A stretch of DNA of 63,200 nucleotides, counting the filler, from Collodictyon triciliatum (taxonomy: Eukaryota), in NCBI GenBank assembly GCA_043381765.1. It is 4 parts of 4 records of this genome, joined end to end, with 100 filler letters (N's around TTAATTAATTAA, not from the genome) between each part and the next. Parts side by side here need not be neighbours in the genome. Positions count along the whole stretch, not along the records: positions 1 to 18,076 come from JBHJMP010000112.1; positions 18,177 to 27,468 come from JBHJMP010000113.1; positions 27,569 to 51,546 come from JBHJMP010000115.1; 1 more part is not named here. The stretch is one strand, 5' to 3'. Shown here one piece after another: positions 13,146 through 34,429 of the stretch; within the stretch, counting starts at the first letter, position 1, and every line of letters begins with the position of its first letter. Under the pieces are notes generated by a model, which had not been told where the DNA came from, ran no database searches, and saw only the letters and a list, made by a program, of their open reading frames with translations. A program made the translations under genes and the position numbers.

Positions 13146-13903
13146 ATACGTCGGCGACGATCCCTTTCGCACGAGGATAATATCCTTTGTTTCGGAGCAT
13201 TAATTGACAACAAAAGGCTCAGATGGTCCGCTCTTTGAAATGATAACCCTTGGTCAGAGAGCAATTCTAAAACTATTTTTGAAAATTAAAAAAAAAACTA
13301 GCAGATCGAAGTAGAGAGGGAGCATGTCCCTTTTTCAAAATAAACCAGCAGAGTAACGAAGAGATCATAATACCAGTCAAGGAACAAGCAGGTCTTTCCC
13401 TTGGTGCTTTCCTGGTTCTGGTTGTTCTTTTCTTCTAAATGACCGAGACAGGTAAGAGAGCCGCGTTCAGATAAAAAAAAAAAAAAAAAAAGAAGCAAAT
13501 GTGAAGTTGCTTTCTTTTTCGGCATTTTGTGTGCGAGTGAGGAAGTTGCCTGGGTTGCACGGGTTATCAGTCCAACACATTCTCACTTCTGTAAGTTTTC
13601 TGTGCAATCGATCAGCACTTTGACTTACGTGAGATGATAAAGAAGGGGAAAAAATATAACTACAAGGGGCACACGCATCCTCTCTTCCCTCAGCCTGTTG
13701 CGATCGGGCCTGCGTTGTTGGGCGCCTCTCCCAAACCGAACCCAACGATCGTGCGAAAATGTTCCTCGAGATTGGTCGCTTGGAAGGAATCCAATAAACG
13801 GATCTCTCTCAATGAAGAACAGCCAACGGCATCGTCTATTTGTGGAATATAATTATATCTGATGATTTTGACATATATATTTTTTTATATAGACTAAAAG
13901 TTC

Positions 13904-13953
13904 AAATTATAACATAAATATACACTAAATCAAATAAAGGAAAATTATAACAT
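13904..13953 (+). mobile_element. Putative footprint of the same family (26-nt insert, 12-bp direct repeats)
   Basis: AAATTATAACAT at 13904-13915 and 13942-13953 flanks AAATATACACTAAATCAAATAAAGGA. Confidence 0.45.
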
Positions 13954-14794
13954 CTATATGCCTGTGCTCTTTATTCAGAAGCAATGACAGGCAAAGCTGG
14001 AGGGAGAAGACGACCTCAGCCACGAGCGCTATAATTACTATGTATTGCTAGCCGTGATAGCGATCTGATCGTGGCGTGATCTCGTTTGCTTGTGTGCTGG
14101 GCTGCGACTTGCTTCGATTAAGGGGCTTGGCGTGTGTGCGAGGCTGCTTAGCTCTCTGTCTTCATCGAACAATTCTCTCCTCCTTTCTCAGATACTTTTG
14201 TGGCAGAGACCAAATACGTTCTGACTGTTGTCCCCACGCACGTCCACAAAGGTTGAGGGAAAAGAAAAAGAAAAAAAAAGAAGACGAAAAGATACAAAAA
14301 AGAAGGAAAGCCGAATATCTAGTAGTAACAATAAAACGACAAAAAGCGAGCAAGAGGCAAGTGAAGTGTTACAGAGTTGGCGTGCCTAAATAAATAATGG
14401 GCCGTCCACACAAGCAGAATGCTGGGGTTAAAAGGACAGACACAACCCAAAAACACACCTCTGAACACAAACGCACAATTTCGAAACAAAGTCTGCCCTG
14501 CGTTCATTCATCGCGGGCTCCCTTGTTTCAAAACCCTGGCGATGAACTTGCTTTTTTTTTCTTCTTCTTATGCTTGGCCTTCCAATAAGACTGCTTATTG
14601 AGATTGAAAGAGAAAGCAACATCCGAGAGTTTGCATGCATCAAGAAAGAAGGACACGATAGCGATTCAGTTATTAGCAGTTGGGTATATATCTCACCTCA
14701 CAATCTGTTATCAGCAGGGTGCTTTGAATAAATCCCTTCTAGCTTGTTCCGTGAGTTTGCTTGATCTGTTCGAACTACTCTCTCTCTCTTTGCG

Positions 14795-17700
14795 ATGGCA
14801 GAACAGCTTAACGAGGAGCCTATGAAGCAACCAGAAATACAAAATGACGTAGAAGAAGCTGCAAGTTACGATAAAGATCTCACCCAAGCCTATCCTTCGA
14901 CTGTAATACACAGTCCTGTTTTGGCTTCACCGCATAGCAATTGTTCGTTATCACCCGCAAGTCAGGTTTTTACCCCAAACATTACACTTGTTCACAACAT
15001 GTCCCAACCTCCGAGGGAAAATCTGAATAATTTATTACTATTTTCATTTAATTTGGTTTTAAACTAAACCTTCTCTTTTTTCTTTTCATTCGATTCAAAA
15101 ATACCGAAAAAAAAAGCGAAACAAATAACAAAATTTATAAAAATTTCAGTTTGAGAAAATTAGATGGATATTTATTATAATTATTATTTTTTCTATAGAG
15201 TTGTAATACTCCTAATTGCATACCCTTCCTATATTTCATCTACGGGTTAGTATTAGTTTTTCTTATTTCATAAAAAAACATATCGCAAACTCTCGTAAAC
15301 TAGAATCCATTCGGAGGTGAGCATGTGGCACCTCATTTTCGAGAGCAGACCAGTTCTCTTGGGTGTGACTTTTCACCTATCCCCCATCGACTGTCACAAA
15401 GTGTGGTGTACCATACTCCGTCAAAGAGGCACATACACAATGAGAATCCTCCACCCAAAGGCGTCTTCCACTTCACTCCTGCAGACACCCCAGTGAGAGA
15501 GAGAGATAGCCACTCTGATATGAGGGTGAGGCTAGCTGAAATACAATATCACCAGCACGGAATATACTATCGATTTTTAACAACATTTTCATTACAATAG
15601 TTTGCATTGTTATTTTTTTTTAAAAGGCTGAATCTTTAAAGAAAAGTTTCACTTGTATTTTTCTGCTCAAATGATTGTGATGAAGATTTTTCTTTTTAAT
15701 TGATTTTCATTCGTAATTTGAAGATTTTCTCTCTTTTTACCGCTGTTCAGCTTTGTGTACTAACCATACAAATCACAACATCCACCTCATAAAATAGGAT
15801 CCGTTTGTCACACCAACAGAATCTCCTATTATGAATGGGAAGACAAAGCATACTGGTTCAGTTCCAGAGAAAACTACGCCATCTACTCCTGATGGCCCGC
15901 ATATGACACCATCTCACCATAACCTATCTGCATATAACTTGTCCCATGATACTCCAGCTATATGTCGTTCTTATAGTGTATCTGGTATTCGAGCCAGTCT
16001 GTTGTCTCACGGGAGCGACTCTGAAAATAGTATTTCACTTCAATAACGAAAAATTAGTTACGAATAATTTGCAGTAGCCATGTTTGGTTTCGAACATTAT
16101 AATCTTGCACCATCGCTCATTCCCCTTTTTCACTAGCCACATCTTCCACCCCAAATCGAAGTATGGATGACTCAAATGGCTTCAGCGAAGAAACCAACTC
16201 CAGCTTCTCGCCAAGAAGGCTGGTATATGAGCACGGTCGCCCTCATAATCCCTCCCGTGTAGAGCCATCCTCTATCAGGTTCCATACGATTTATCTCAAA
16301 CAATGAATTAAAATAACGCTATCATAATTTCCCTTGCCTTCCTGTATATAATACCAGGACGGGAAGTCGCTGTGATTTGAACGAAACATTCACATCGTCG
16401 GTGGACGAAGGATCTGAAAAAAGAGAGCCTGATGAAAGCCCCATTGTTGGGGACTATAGTCCTTTATCGATGAACCAATTACATGAAGATGTTAACAGGA
16501 TTCCTGCGAGCCAACTTAATGTGACGTACAGTCCTATTTCATCACCAGTATCTGGTGGAAGCCGGAATACTAGTCAAACGAAGGATGACATAATCAGGAA
16601 TATTCATCAGATTGTCAGTCTCAAAGGTACCACGAGAATATTTTTTCTAAGACGAAGGTTCTATTCCCTTCATTTTCTTAATTGAAGATATATTTAATTG
16701 GTTTATGTCTTATCTATCATCCTCTTCATTGTTAGGGGATTGTAATATTATCCCCGCCCCCCTTTATTCATGGACTATAATATTTGAAACAAATTTATTA
16801 GATGAAAGAGAGAAGATGCTTGAGAGCCGCATCACCCAAAATTTCGAGTTTTTGCATGTATAATGTCTTTTCCTGCTGGTTGTAAATCGAGTCATTATTT
16901 TCTCAGACAAACAAAGCACGCTTTATCATGGATTTTTTCCAAAAAAAGGAACAAAACAAAAGGAACAAAACAAAAGGAACAAAACAAAAGGAACAAAACA
17001 AAAGGAACACACAGCATAAAAATTAAACAATAATTCAAACAAACAAAAAAATAAAAACAAAATAGGATGTGAGTAAAGGATCATTTGGATATGTATCAAA
17101 GTATCGAGGGCGTGAGGACAACCAATTTTATGCAATTAAAAAGACCAACATAAGAAAGGCTTCGACGAATGCGTCTGTATTAACTTTTATGCCCTTGAGT
17201 CAGCAGTATATATTATTCACGCATATTTATTTCTGTGTACGAGGTTCAACTAAACATACTTGGTCATTCCTATTTTAAAAGTTGTTACTCTGAAATACAT
17301 TTTGTATCTTGTTACTTAAATTTGTATCACGTGCTGTAGTGGCCGGCTGGGAGAGGTTGAGATTCACAATAAACTCCCACCATGTATTCACATCGTCAAG
17401 TTCTATGATTCCTGGATAGACGGAGACATAATATATATTCAGATGGAGGTGACTATTATATGCTTTGACAAGGGCATCCACTTTATTCTTGCCGTTTAAA
17501 TTCATTAAAATGTGTCTTCCCCTTTCTTCTTCTTTTTTTTTAATGTAGTATTGCGAGAAAGGTAGCATCTCGAGTTTACTAGACAGGCAGCATCCTTTAC
17601 ACCAGAGTGAATGCTCGAAAATATTGGATAATATTGCCAAAGTAAATATTTAATTACAAAAAATTTGTTAGTGATATTGCCTTTTTAATATTAATCAGAA

Positions 17701-18068
17701 CTACCGCCCCTCCTGTTTTTTTTTTATGGAAATGTTTTTATATTTTTCCTTATGTTTGTCAATACTCTCGAAAAGGCATTAGATGTATTACACTCCTTGG
17801 AGTACGCTCACTTGGATGTTAAGGTATGCTACACTCGTTCTTGAGACTTTCCCGATATGAGCTTATGTCATATAACAAATAACAAATGAACTGCAATCAC
17901 CGAATTCAATCTTGCCAAAAAAAAAAAAAAAAAGGGGCTGATTTATGTAAAAATGGATATTAGCCCGATAATATTCTTTGCGCTGGTTCCACCTACAAGC
18001 TATGTGATTTCGGCTTGTGTTGTCCATTCAACAAACTACCGTCCGACTTGTCGTTGAACGGGGATGCG
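14795..18068 (+). CDS. WEE1: Wee1/Myt1-family protein kinase, 3' part lost in the assembly gap at 18077
   Basis: Long SP/TP-rich N-terminus. Spliced kinase motifs SKGSFGYV, YAIKK, EVEIHNKL...HIVKFYDSWIDGDIIYIQMEYCEKGS, AHLDVK/PDNIL, YKLCDFG and ...NGDA, where the family has EGD. HLDVKPxN is typical of the family. Confidence 0.7.
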
Positions 18069-18186
18069 TATGTTTTNNNNNNNNNNNNNNNNNNNNNNNN
18101 NNNNNNNNNNNNNNNNNNNNTTAATTAATTAANNNNNNNNNNNNNNNNNNNNNNNNNNNNNNNNNNNNNNNNNNNNAAAAAAAAAA

Positions 18187-18218
<32 letters not shown>

Positions 18219-18242
18219 TGCAAACAAAAATTAAGATTGAAG

Positions 18243-18273
<31 letters not shown>

Positions 18274-18380
18274 AGGGGCTTAACTATGCTGAACGTAACG
18301 ATCATGATCACAAAAGGACGTGTGCTCTATGGAAACTTTTTAAGCTTCTTGGCTTCTCTTCATTACACCCAGGCCCCTCC

Positions 18381-26310
<7,930 letters not shown>

Positions 26311-26725
26311 TTGCCGAGCCGGTCAACCACGAAAAGCCCAAAGTTGAGGTGCACCTGTACCCGACCTTTTCCTTTGAACAATTCAGTCATCCAGGCGTAG
26401 CCACTAAGACACATAGGCTCAAACTCCCGATCCTATGAAAAAAAAAAAAATCCCCCGAAGAGCTTCTTGCTTTTACAGAGGCACTTCTACAAATATAAAT
26501 TCGTGTATACGCCCACGGATGCGTATTTTATGTGACAGAGGAACTTTTAATTCTGTTGCTTTTTATTTTTGTCAACTTTATCCAAGATTCAGTCGTTTGG
26601 CTGCGAGATTTTATAGTGGATTGACTTTTAAGAACTCATTGGACTTTCAGAAGTATATAGCCCATGGCTGATCGTAGCGATGGATAAGCACACATCCACT
26701 TATAATATAAGCGAATTATGCAAAT

Positions 26726-27636
26726 CTAGGAATTGCTGATCACACTAATCAATATGATCACCAAGAATACTGAGCAAACCGCCCTGAATCTACCCCAGAA
26801 GCGTTTTCGACTGTCAGCATGTTTCCAATCCTTGAAGCCATAACATAACCAAAGCGGTAGGAAGAGAATGATGAGGAGAGCTAACAGTACAACATTTGTA
26901 GCATCCTCCGAAGAGTCCGACATCCTTTTCAGGAATAAAATGTAAGAAAATGAGACCAAACATGACTAATCGTATTGTCCATGTTTACATTGTTCTATGT
27001 TCTGCGTGGGTCTACGCGGTGCGCCCAAGGCACTGGCGACTGAAAGAAAACACGTAAATTCTGCTTTTAAGAATGAGCTCTAGGAAATAAAATTAAATAC
27101 CGTTCTGGTGGCGGGACATGTGTGCTCGTCGGATTGATGGCATTAATATTTTCTGGTTGAGTCTTTCCCATAGGCTGCGGGACTTTCGCAGGCTCTGTTC
27201 TAGCTTCATGCATGATATCTAAAGGCCCGCCATAAGCATTCTTTGAATATTGTTCTCCATATTGATTAACTGAGTGGGAGCGTATAGGAACATCCATATG
27301 ACCACCCATAGGAGAGCCCATATGACCACCCATATGACCACCCATAGGAACACCCATAGGAACACCCATAGGAACACCCATAGGAACACCCATAGGAACA
27401 CCCATAGGAACACCCATAGGAACACCCATAGGAACACCCACATGACCACCCATAGGAACACCCATAGGNNNNNNNNNNNNNNNNNNNNNNNNNNNNNNNN
27501 NNNNNNNNNNNNTTAATTAATTAANNNNNNNNNNNNNNNNNNNNNNNNNNNNNNNNNNNNNNNNNNNNGGCCACCCAGGCCTACACAAAAAAAAAAAAAA
27601 AAAGAAAGGGAGGAAAAAGAAAAAAAAAAGCGAAGG

Positions 27637-27672
<36 letters not shown>

Positions 27673-27865
27673 TAGTCTCTTCATTCGGGAATTACTTTTT
27701 ACTTTTTTTTTTTCTTCCTTCAAACATAGCAAGTCCCTATCACGGCCTTAAAAAAACCTCCTCCTTCTTTCCTTCCTTCCTTCTTTCCCCCAACGCAGTT
27801 TCTGTCGGCACTTGCCACAACTTTGACCTTATCTTATCATCGCTTCGTATTTCGCCGCCACCCAT
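26726..27865 (-). CDS. Hypothetical protein with (PMGV)n/(HMGG) repeats and two C-terminal hydrophobic segments
   Basis: Candidate exon 1 MGGGEIRSDDKIR (ATG 27865) splices to PGW before the gap. The repeat exon is open only in the PMGV frame. Last exon VVLLALLIILFLPLWLCYG...AVCSVFLVIILISVISNS-TAG. Confidence 0.6.
27284..27468 (-). repeat. Coding 12-bp tandem repeat (CCTATGGGTGTT and variants) encoding PMGV/HMGG
   Basis: Visible on + as (CCCATAGGAACA)n running into the gap. Confidence 0.9.
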
Positions 27866-28675
27866 ACGCCCGCACAACACGGCCCTGATCTGTCCTACAA
27901 AAGCTCCTTTTGCATTTTTTTGATCCAGTGATCAGGCCTGCCATCCGCCAAATCCCCCTCGACATTTTACTCGAATTTTACTTCGCTTTTTTCTTGGCGC
28001 CAAAATAATAGGTAACAGGCGGATTTTCCACTTGCGGGTTTTCTTCGTTGAAGCATCAAACACCGCACAATTAAGTACACGCACCCCCATAGACCTCAGC
28101 ACATCTTGATATTATCAGGCTGGCAATAAAATGTTTTCTTGTATATGGTCAATCATATAAAGGCAGTTCCAGACGCTTTAGAAGATAAATTAATTATCAT
28201 CACATATTTTCCGCTTTCATAATTTTATTCTGGAATTCGGTCCAGAATCACAGTTCCAAAAAAAAGGAGCTAGTTTGATCAAGATTAGGTGGATAACAGA
28301 AGCAGCAAAAGCGGATGTGTGCAAAACAAGTTGCACGATTGCATGGTGGGGGAATGACATGTTGTGCCCCAAAACAAAACCAAGTGGAGACACCGGTGAA
28401 GCTGCGATTTCCTATCAGCAGGCGGAGGGTTGTTGATATCCTTAACAATCGCCTATTATCGTTCAAAAAAAAAAAAAAAAAAAAAAAAGGAAAAGAAAAA
28501 AGAAAAAAGAAAGGGGTTTAAAGGGAAGTATACCTGTTGCAAGCTGTTCCTGTTACTGAGAGTTGCTTGTTCTCTTCTTCTTTGGCAGAGGCAGCAGCAA
28601 GAAAAAGGAAGGGAAACGGAAACATCTCCTGGAAGGGAAGAAAAACAGACAAATCAAAGACGATCAGCCGTTCAA

Positions 28676-31043
28676 ATGAGTGACTTTGGCGAGGAAGAGC
28701 CAGACTGGGACGACTCAAATCCTGATCCATACGTTTGCTTTTATATCCGTTCAACGTCTCATTTTCATCGTTCTAACAACAAACAACAAACAACAAACAA
28801 CAAACAACAAACAACAAACAACAAACAACAAACAACAAACAACAAACAACAAACAACAAACAACAAGCAATTGGATTCTAACAGTACTTTGGCATTCATA
28901 ACCAAACTCTTTATAAATACATTTCGAAAATCAACTCTACATTTTACTACCTGAGATTGACACTTACAAATGTATCTTCCCTTTTCTTTACAAGGTATTG
29001 TTATCATACTTATTCTTATTTACCCATAAAGCTACCCTCAGACTCAATGGAGCAAGAGCAAGAGATAGAAAACAAAATTAGAAAATACACGGGTTTATAA
29101 GCATTTCATTCAGTTTCAATAGCCAACTACCCGAAAACATTTTATTTTGCTATAAATTCAAAAATCTTAATATTTAAAAAGACAAAAACTATAATCCCAG
29201 ATCTTCTTCCTCCAATAACAGGCCATGAAAATGATTTCATTTACGCAACCTACTTTTTAATTTGTACTGAATCATCATTACTAATATAAAAGAATGGCTC
29301 CAAACATGGGTACCTCCATCGGACACAATCAGACAATTACAAAATCTGATTCATATAGGTATTTGAAGTTTCGTTTCTTCTTACCTAACATGATTGCTGA
29401 CTTAGTGTATGAATACTTTTTGAGATACTCTATTCAATTTTAATCACACAAGTACCATTCAAGATATCCTTTTAAAACATTTTTCGTTTTTTCTTATTTT
29501 TTTTTTGTTTAAATAAAAGGCTCTGGTGCATTTGGTCACGTTTACAGAACATCCTACCAAGGATCGTCCATCGCACTAAAACAAATCAAGGTCAACGAGA
29601 CGGATAGGACCAGCTATGCCAGTCTTCTGGAGAGCTTTGAAAGAGAAGTCACAAATATTCGGTAATGCACTACAGCAAATAGTGATATTTATTTACATTT
29701 CATATTGATATATCAAATTTTTCTCTAAATTTTATCCATCTAGATGGCTCATTAGGTTTTTTTTTTTTTAAAAAAAAATCCTGACTAAAATGTAAATTAC
29801 AGTCTTTATATTTTTCTCTCATGGTCAAACTTTTGCTTCTCATCAGGCGTTGTAATCATAAGAACATCGTCAAATACATCGGCTGCTTCTCCGACAGGGA
29901 GTGTCTGTATCTGATGACAGAGTATCTTGGCATTGGTAGTTTGGAACACTGTCTCCATAAGACTAGGACGGATTTATCCATAGAGTTGTCGCTTTCCATA
30001 GCCTTCGATGTGGCTCAAGGGATGATGTATTTACACGAGCTGAACCCTCAAATCATACACCGCGACTTATCTCCGTCCAATGTCTTGGTTTGTTGTTTGC
30101 ACTACGTAAAAAGAGTTGAAAACATCCTTCACACATACACTCATGCACATCTCGGTTCTGACAATCAATATTTTCAATCAATATGAATACTTCCGCTCAT
30201 TCATTCTTTTCCTCTTTTCCTCTTTGCAACTCACAAATTCATCTGGAACTTAATTTAACTTCCCATAGCTTGATGAGGGCTGGGTTGCAAAGATATCGGA
30301 CTTTGGATTGTCGAGATTAAAAGATAAAAGGGACGAAATGATTCAAGCCAGTCGAGTTGGGAGGTAGGCACGCTATCGAATGTTAAGAATCATCGGCTCA
30401 TTCGAAGCCATAAATTCACTATGTTGCCTCTGAAATCAGTTTAGTTATCAACATGGTTAAACAAAGCTTAAGCTTCTTTTTTTTTCTTCTTCCTCAATAC
30501 CTTAGAGTCAATATGATTATCGACCAATCTCAAAAAACCTCCTGTTTCCGTACCAATTCCATCCTCATAGATTCCAGTACGCCGCGCCAGAAATCCTGCG
30601 TCCGGAGCGACTGGAGACAGTTTATTCAGAAAAAGTGGATGTGTACAGCTATGCCATTGTGACGTGGGAACTCTTTTCAAGGAGGACTCCCTTTGAAAAA
30701 GAAGGCGACCAGGGCACTGTTCGATTACCATACAACGGAGAAAGGTATTTCACCGAATCTGAAACTATAGGTTTAGTATACTTTTAAATGCAAAACCACT
30801 CATGAAATTCAAACAAAGACAGTCACCCAAAGTAAACCTCATTGGCTCCATTGGCCATCGCTATCTAACGAACTCTTCATTCCACTATCTTTCCTGTTAT
30901 TCTGCAGACCCTCACCTATGCCAGAGCGTGCGCCAGATTGGGTAAACTCAATGATTGTCAGGAGTTGGGACCAGAAGCACCAGAATCGACCAAGTTTTAG
31001 AGATATAGTGGATATATTTCGTTTGCATATGACCAGCTCATGA
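28676..31043 (+). CDS. TKL-group (Raf/MLK-like) protein kinase
   Basis: IG/SGAFGHVY, IALKQI, FEREV, HKNIVKYIG, DVAQGMMYLH..IIHRDLSPSNVL, KISDFGLSR, YAAPE, KVDVYSYAIVTWEL, W.Q...RPSF. Stop TGA at 31043. Confidence 0.9.
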
Positions 31044-32005
31044 AGCTGATGGATGCAAGGGCGATAATATCTTGCTAGCTTTTTAAATTCCCTTCCCTTC
31101 CCTTCCCTTCCCTTTCCAAAGCGAAGGGCTTCCTGTTGGGTGCCAAGTCTCACTAAACCCACACACCACACGTCAACATTCCTTTCTTGATTCCTCTGTT
31201 ACCAAAATCTTATTCAGTCATAAATTTTGATTCCTATCTGTACCTAAGAAGGAACACCCCGTCTTAAAAAAAACAAAAACAAAAAACGATGAACTGCCCA
31301 CGCACCGATTGTAAATCTAACGCGCTTTTAGACGAATAGAAAACTCCATCCAATCCTGTTCTTCGAATGCCATCATTCCAAAATCAGTCCTTAGGTTATG
31401 TCCGCGGTGGGGTTTGTGCATCATGTCAAAGATGGATGCAAGAAGCGGCAAGCGAAAAAAAATGAAATAAGGGATTGTCTCAAACAAACCCTATTTTCCA
31501 GGTTTGCTCCATTCCGTTACATATTATTCCAGATATATACAATTTCTATGTAGAATCGACTGTTTCATCTCCACTGTTTCTTTCTCCCCCGATCATACAT
31601 CACGGGCGAATCACTGATCCATCACGGTCCGTTGAGCGCTGCAAAGCCGAAGAGAGCCGAATGGCGAGTGCTCGTCGGCCTTTATTCCCACATACCTCAA
31701 CACAGAACTCAGACACAAGAGAAAAGGAAGAGAAAGCCTTGTTGGCCGGGTACAGCCCGCACTTTGTTAACCCTTTCCTTCCTTGTTTTCTCCTGTCTCC
31801 CAGGGCACGCAAACCCTTAAGAGCTTGTTGCTGTTGTTTTTAAAGACTTTTTAAATAAAGAGCCGGTCGCCCTTCTGACGCCCAAACCGTAGAAATCCTT
31901 GCAAAGAAACGAAACCGGTTGGCCAGGCTCCACTCATCCACATTATAGAGAGGATCACACACAAAACCAGGAAAAGCGCTCCGACACCACAAGACACAGC
32001 TGCAC

Positions 32006-34429
32006 ATGACCGCTGTTCGCGAAAACCCCGCCATGGGCAAGTCGTATACATTCGCTTCTGAACCGCGAGCCGTTGTCAGTCGACGCAAATACCGCGACCC
32101 AAACTCGCAGTCGAGCACAGGGTAAGCACTCGCCCTTCACTCGCCACTGACCCGCCCTCCCATATGATGTTCCTTCAGCATTGTATGTCTCCCTTCCCTT
32201 CCCTTCCCTTCCCTTCCCACGCTGCATCTTTGTTCGGCGCGTCCCTCTCCAAGCAGCATGTGAAAAGAAAACATACTTACACAGAACATCCCAGGCCAAC
32301 CTCTGCCAATCTCATGTTTGACCGAAGAGTCGTCCGCGGAAACACATACGCACAGCCGATCCCCCCACCCGTATGAGACTTCTCTCCTCACACCGACATG
32401 TCCGCCATGCCCTTTTCTCCGGTGCCCAGCTGATTCGACACATCCCCTTCCTTCATCTCTGCAGGCCCAGCCCGACCCGGTCAAAATCCAGAAGGAGGCA
32501 GAGGCCCGCAGATTGAGGCAGGAGGCCAAGAAGAAAGCGGCGGAGGAGCGACCCATCACACCCGAGGCCATCGAAGGCCGCACACATATCCAAGGTAAGC
32601 CTTACATCATATGAAGTTTTCAGCCTCAGAAATCTACTGGTGGTCTATTGTGCAGCATTAACGATGCAACTGTCGGTCTGGCGTCTGCTTGTGGCTTTTT
32701 TTTCTATCTCCCGTCTGTAGTCCAGACAGAGGTCTATCTGGAGGAAATAACTGACCGTATTGTGGAGGTTGATGTCGACACACAAACAGACCCGTTTCTC
32801 GACAGACCGCCATCACCTCTCTTTATCCCTCGCAAGAGTGGCATTGACGCAGAGACACAGATTCTCGAAGGAGAGCTCTTTGACTTTGACCTTGAGGTCG
32901 AGCCCATCCTTCAAATCCTTGTCGGCCGAAGTCTTGAGCAAGCGCTTGTGGAGGTCATGGAGGAAGAAGAGGTCGCCAACATGAGGGCGCACCAGGTGAG
33001 AAAAAAAAATTATTTTCATATCGCACTTTTTCACCTTTCTGTTTCTTAACTTGTTTCTCTTTTCAACCCTAAATTTCTTTCAATCTTTCTTTGTCATTCA
33101 TTCGAGCAGAATCATTCTAATGTAAAATTCCATTGTCGACATACACGATTTTGAGCTATAGAGTTTTTTTTTTAAAATTTTTTTTGGAAGAACTTGATTC
33201 ACATTCGTAATTATATATTCTCATATGAACCCCCTCTGTGTAGGTTGAGTATGAGCGGATTCGGAATGCAGAGCTTGCGGAAATACAGAGAATGGAAGCC
33301 GCAGAGAAGCGAAAGGCAGAAGAAAAAGTAATCATTGATAAAAAAAAATTCCCCATCATTTTCATTATTTTGCCTTGCGCGCCATTCAATGAAACTTGAC
33401 TTCATCGCATTGGTCGATATGTTTGGTCTTCTGCCTTATATCCTTTTGCTTAGTCTTTCTACCATTACTATACATGTATGGCAGTGAGCTTTATAAACTA
33501 GTATAATTGTGTATGAAATACCACCAACCACTTTACATATTAACACTGAGGAACAGAAAGATGCACGCTCACGGTTTTTCTCAAACTCTGTAACTCAACA
33601 GTAGTACTTCAAACTAGGAACGCAGACTGGCCCAGGAACAGGCGCGCAAAGAGAGAGAATTACAAAAGAGACAGCGCGCAGCAGCAAGGGAGTTTGCAGA
33701 GCACTATCTCTCAGACCTACAACCAAATGTATTTTCCAAACTGCAGCAGGACGGATTCTTTTTCAACCAATCCCAGAAAGAGGTGGAGACCGGGTTTATC
33801 CCCTGGCTTTTCGACCGGGTTGCTCAGCGCCTCGGCCGCATTGAAGTGTCCCGCCGCATGACAGACAGTATGACCTCATTCCAGAGACCAGTTCTTCCTA
33901 CCATTTGGGACCGTCTATTTCAAATACCAGATATAACGACATACACACACACACACACACACACTCTCTCTCTCTCTCTCTTTGTTCTGCCCAACCACCT
34001 TCGCAGCATAGCTAACCGCCTCACTAACACACGTATCAACTTAAACTCCCAGCAATCATCGAGACTGCCCTCAATCGACAGCTCGCTGCCAATCGCCAGG
34101 CCAACGAGCGACTCCAGAACGCATGGGCAGCAGAGAGGCAGGCAGAGGAGAAGGCGGAGCAAGAGGCACTTGACAGAATCGACCGTGAAGAGGGCGAACG
34201 AATTGGTCTCGAGCGCGAAGAGAGGTTCCAGCTGGACGTTGTGGAGGCATTAATCCAGGAGGCTAAACGCCTGGCCGAGGAAGAGGCAGCCCGTCTCAAG
34301 GCTGAGGCCGAAGCCGCCGCTGCCGCCGAAGCTGCTGCAAAGGCCGAGGCAGCCCGCCTGGAAGCTCTTGAAGCCGCAGAGGGTAACGCAGAGGCAGAGG
34401 GCACTGGCGAGGAGGAAGGCAACGAGTGA
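32006..34429 (+). CDS. RSP3: Flagellar radial spoke protein 3 (AKAP)
   Basis: YTFASEPRAV..RRKYR, NLMFDRRVVRGNTYA, VQTEVYLEEITDR, TQTDPFLDRPPSPLFIPRKSGIDAETQI.EGELFDFDLEVEPILQILVGRSLEQALVEVMEEEE, followed by an Ala/Glu-rich tail. Confidence 0.95.

Noticed and set aside
15075..15105. TTTTCATTCGATTCAAA resembling the mini-insert terminus (also ~10185)
   Set aside because: Only a partial match with no flanking direct repeat, so it is not counted as a family copy.
18121..18132. TTAATTAATTAA embedded in N runs (also 27513-27524 and 51591-51602)
   Set aside because: An identical 12-mer centred in 100-nt gaps with stops in all six frames is an artificial scaffolding linker, not biology.
26989..27039. 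Apparent 51-nt exon with an in-frame TAG (possible stop readthrough or code reassignment)
   Set aside because: A GT donor overlapping the TAG (ACC GC|gtagac), or skipping the exon, keeps the frame. Other genes splice cleanly and several end in TAG, so the standard code suffices.
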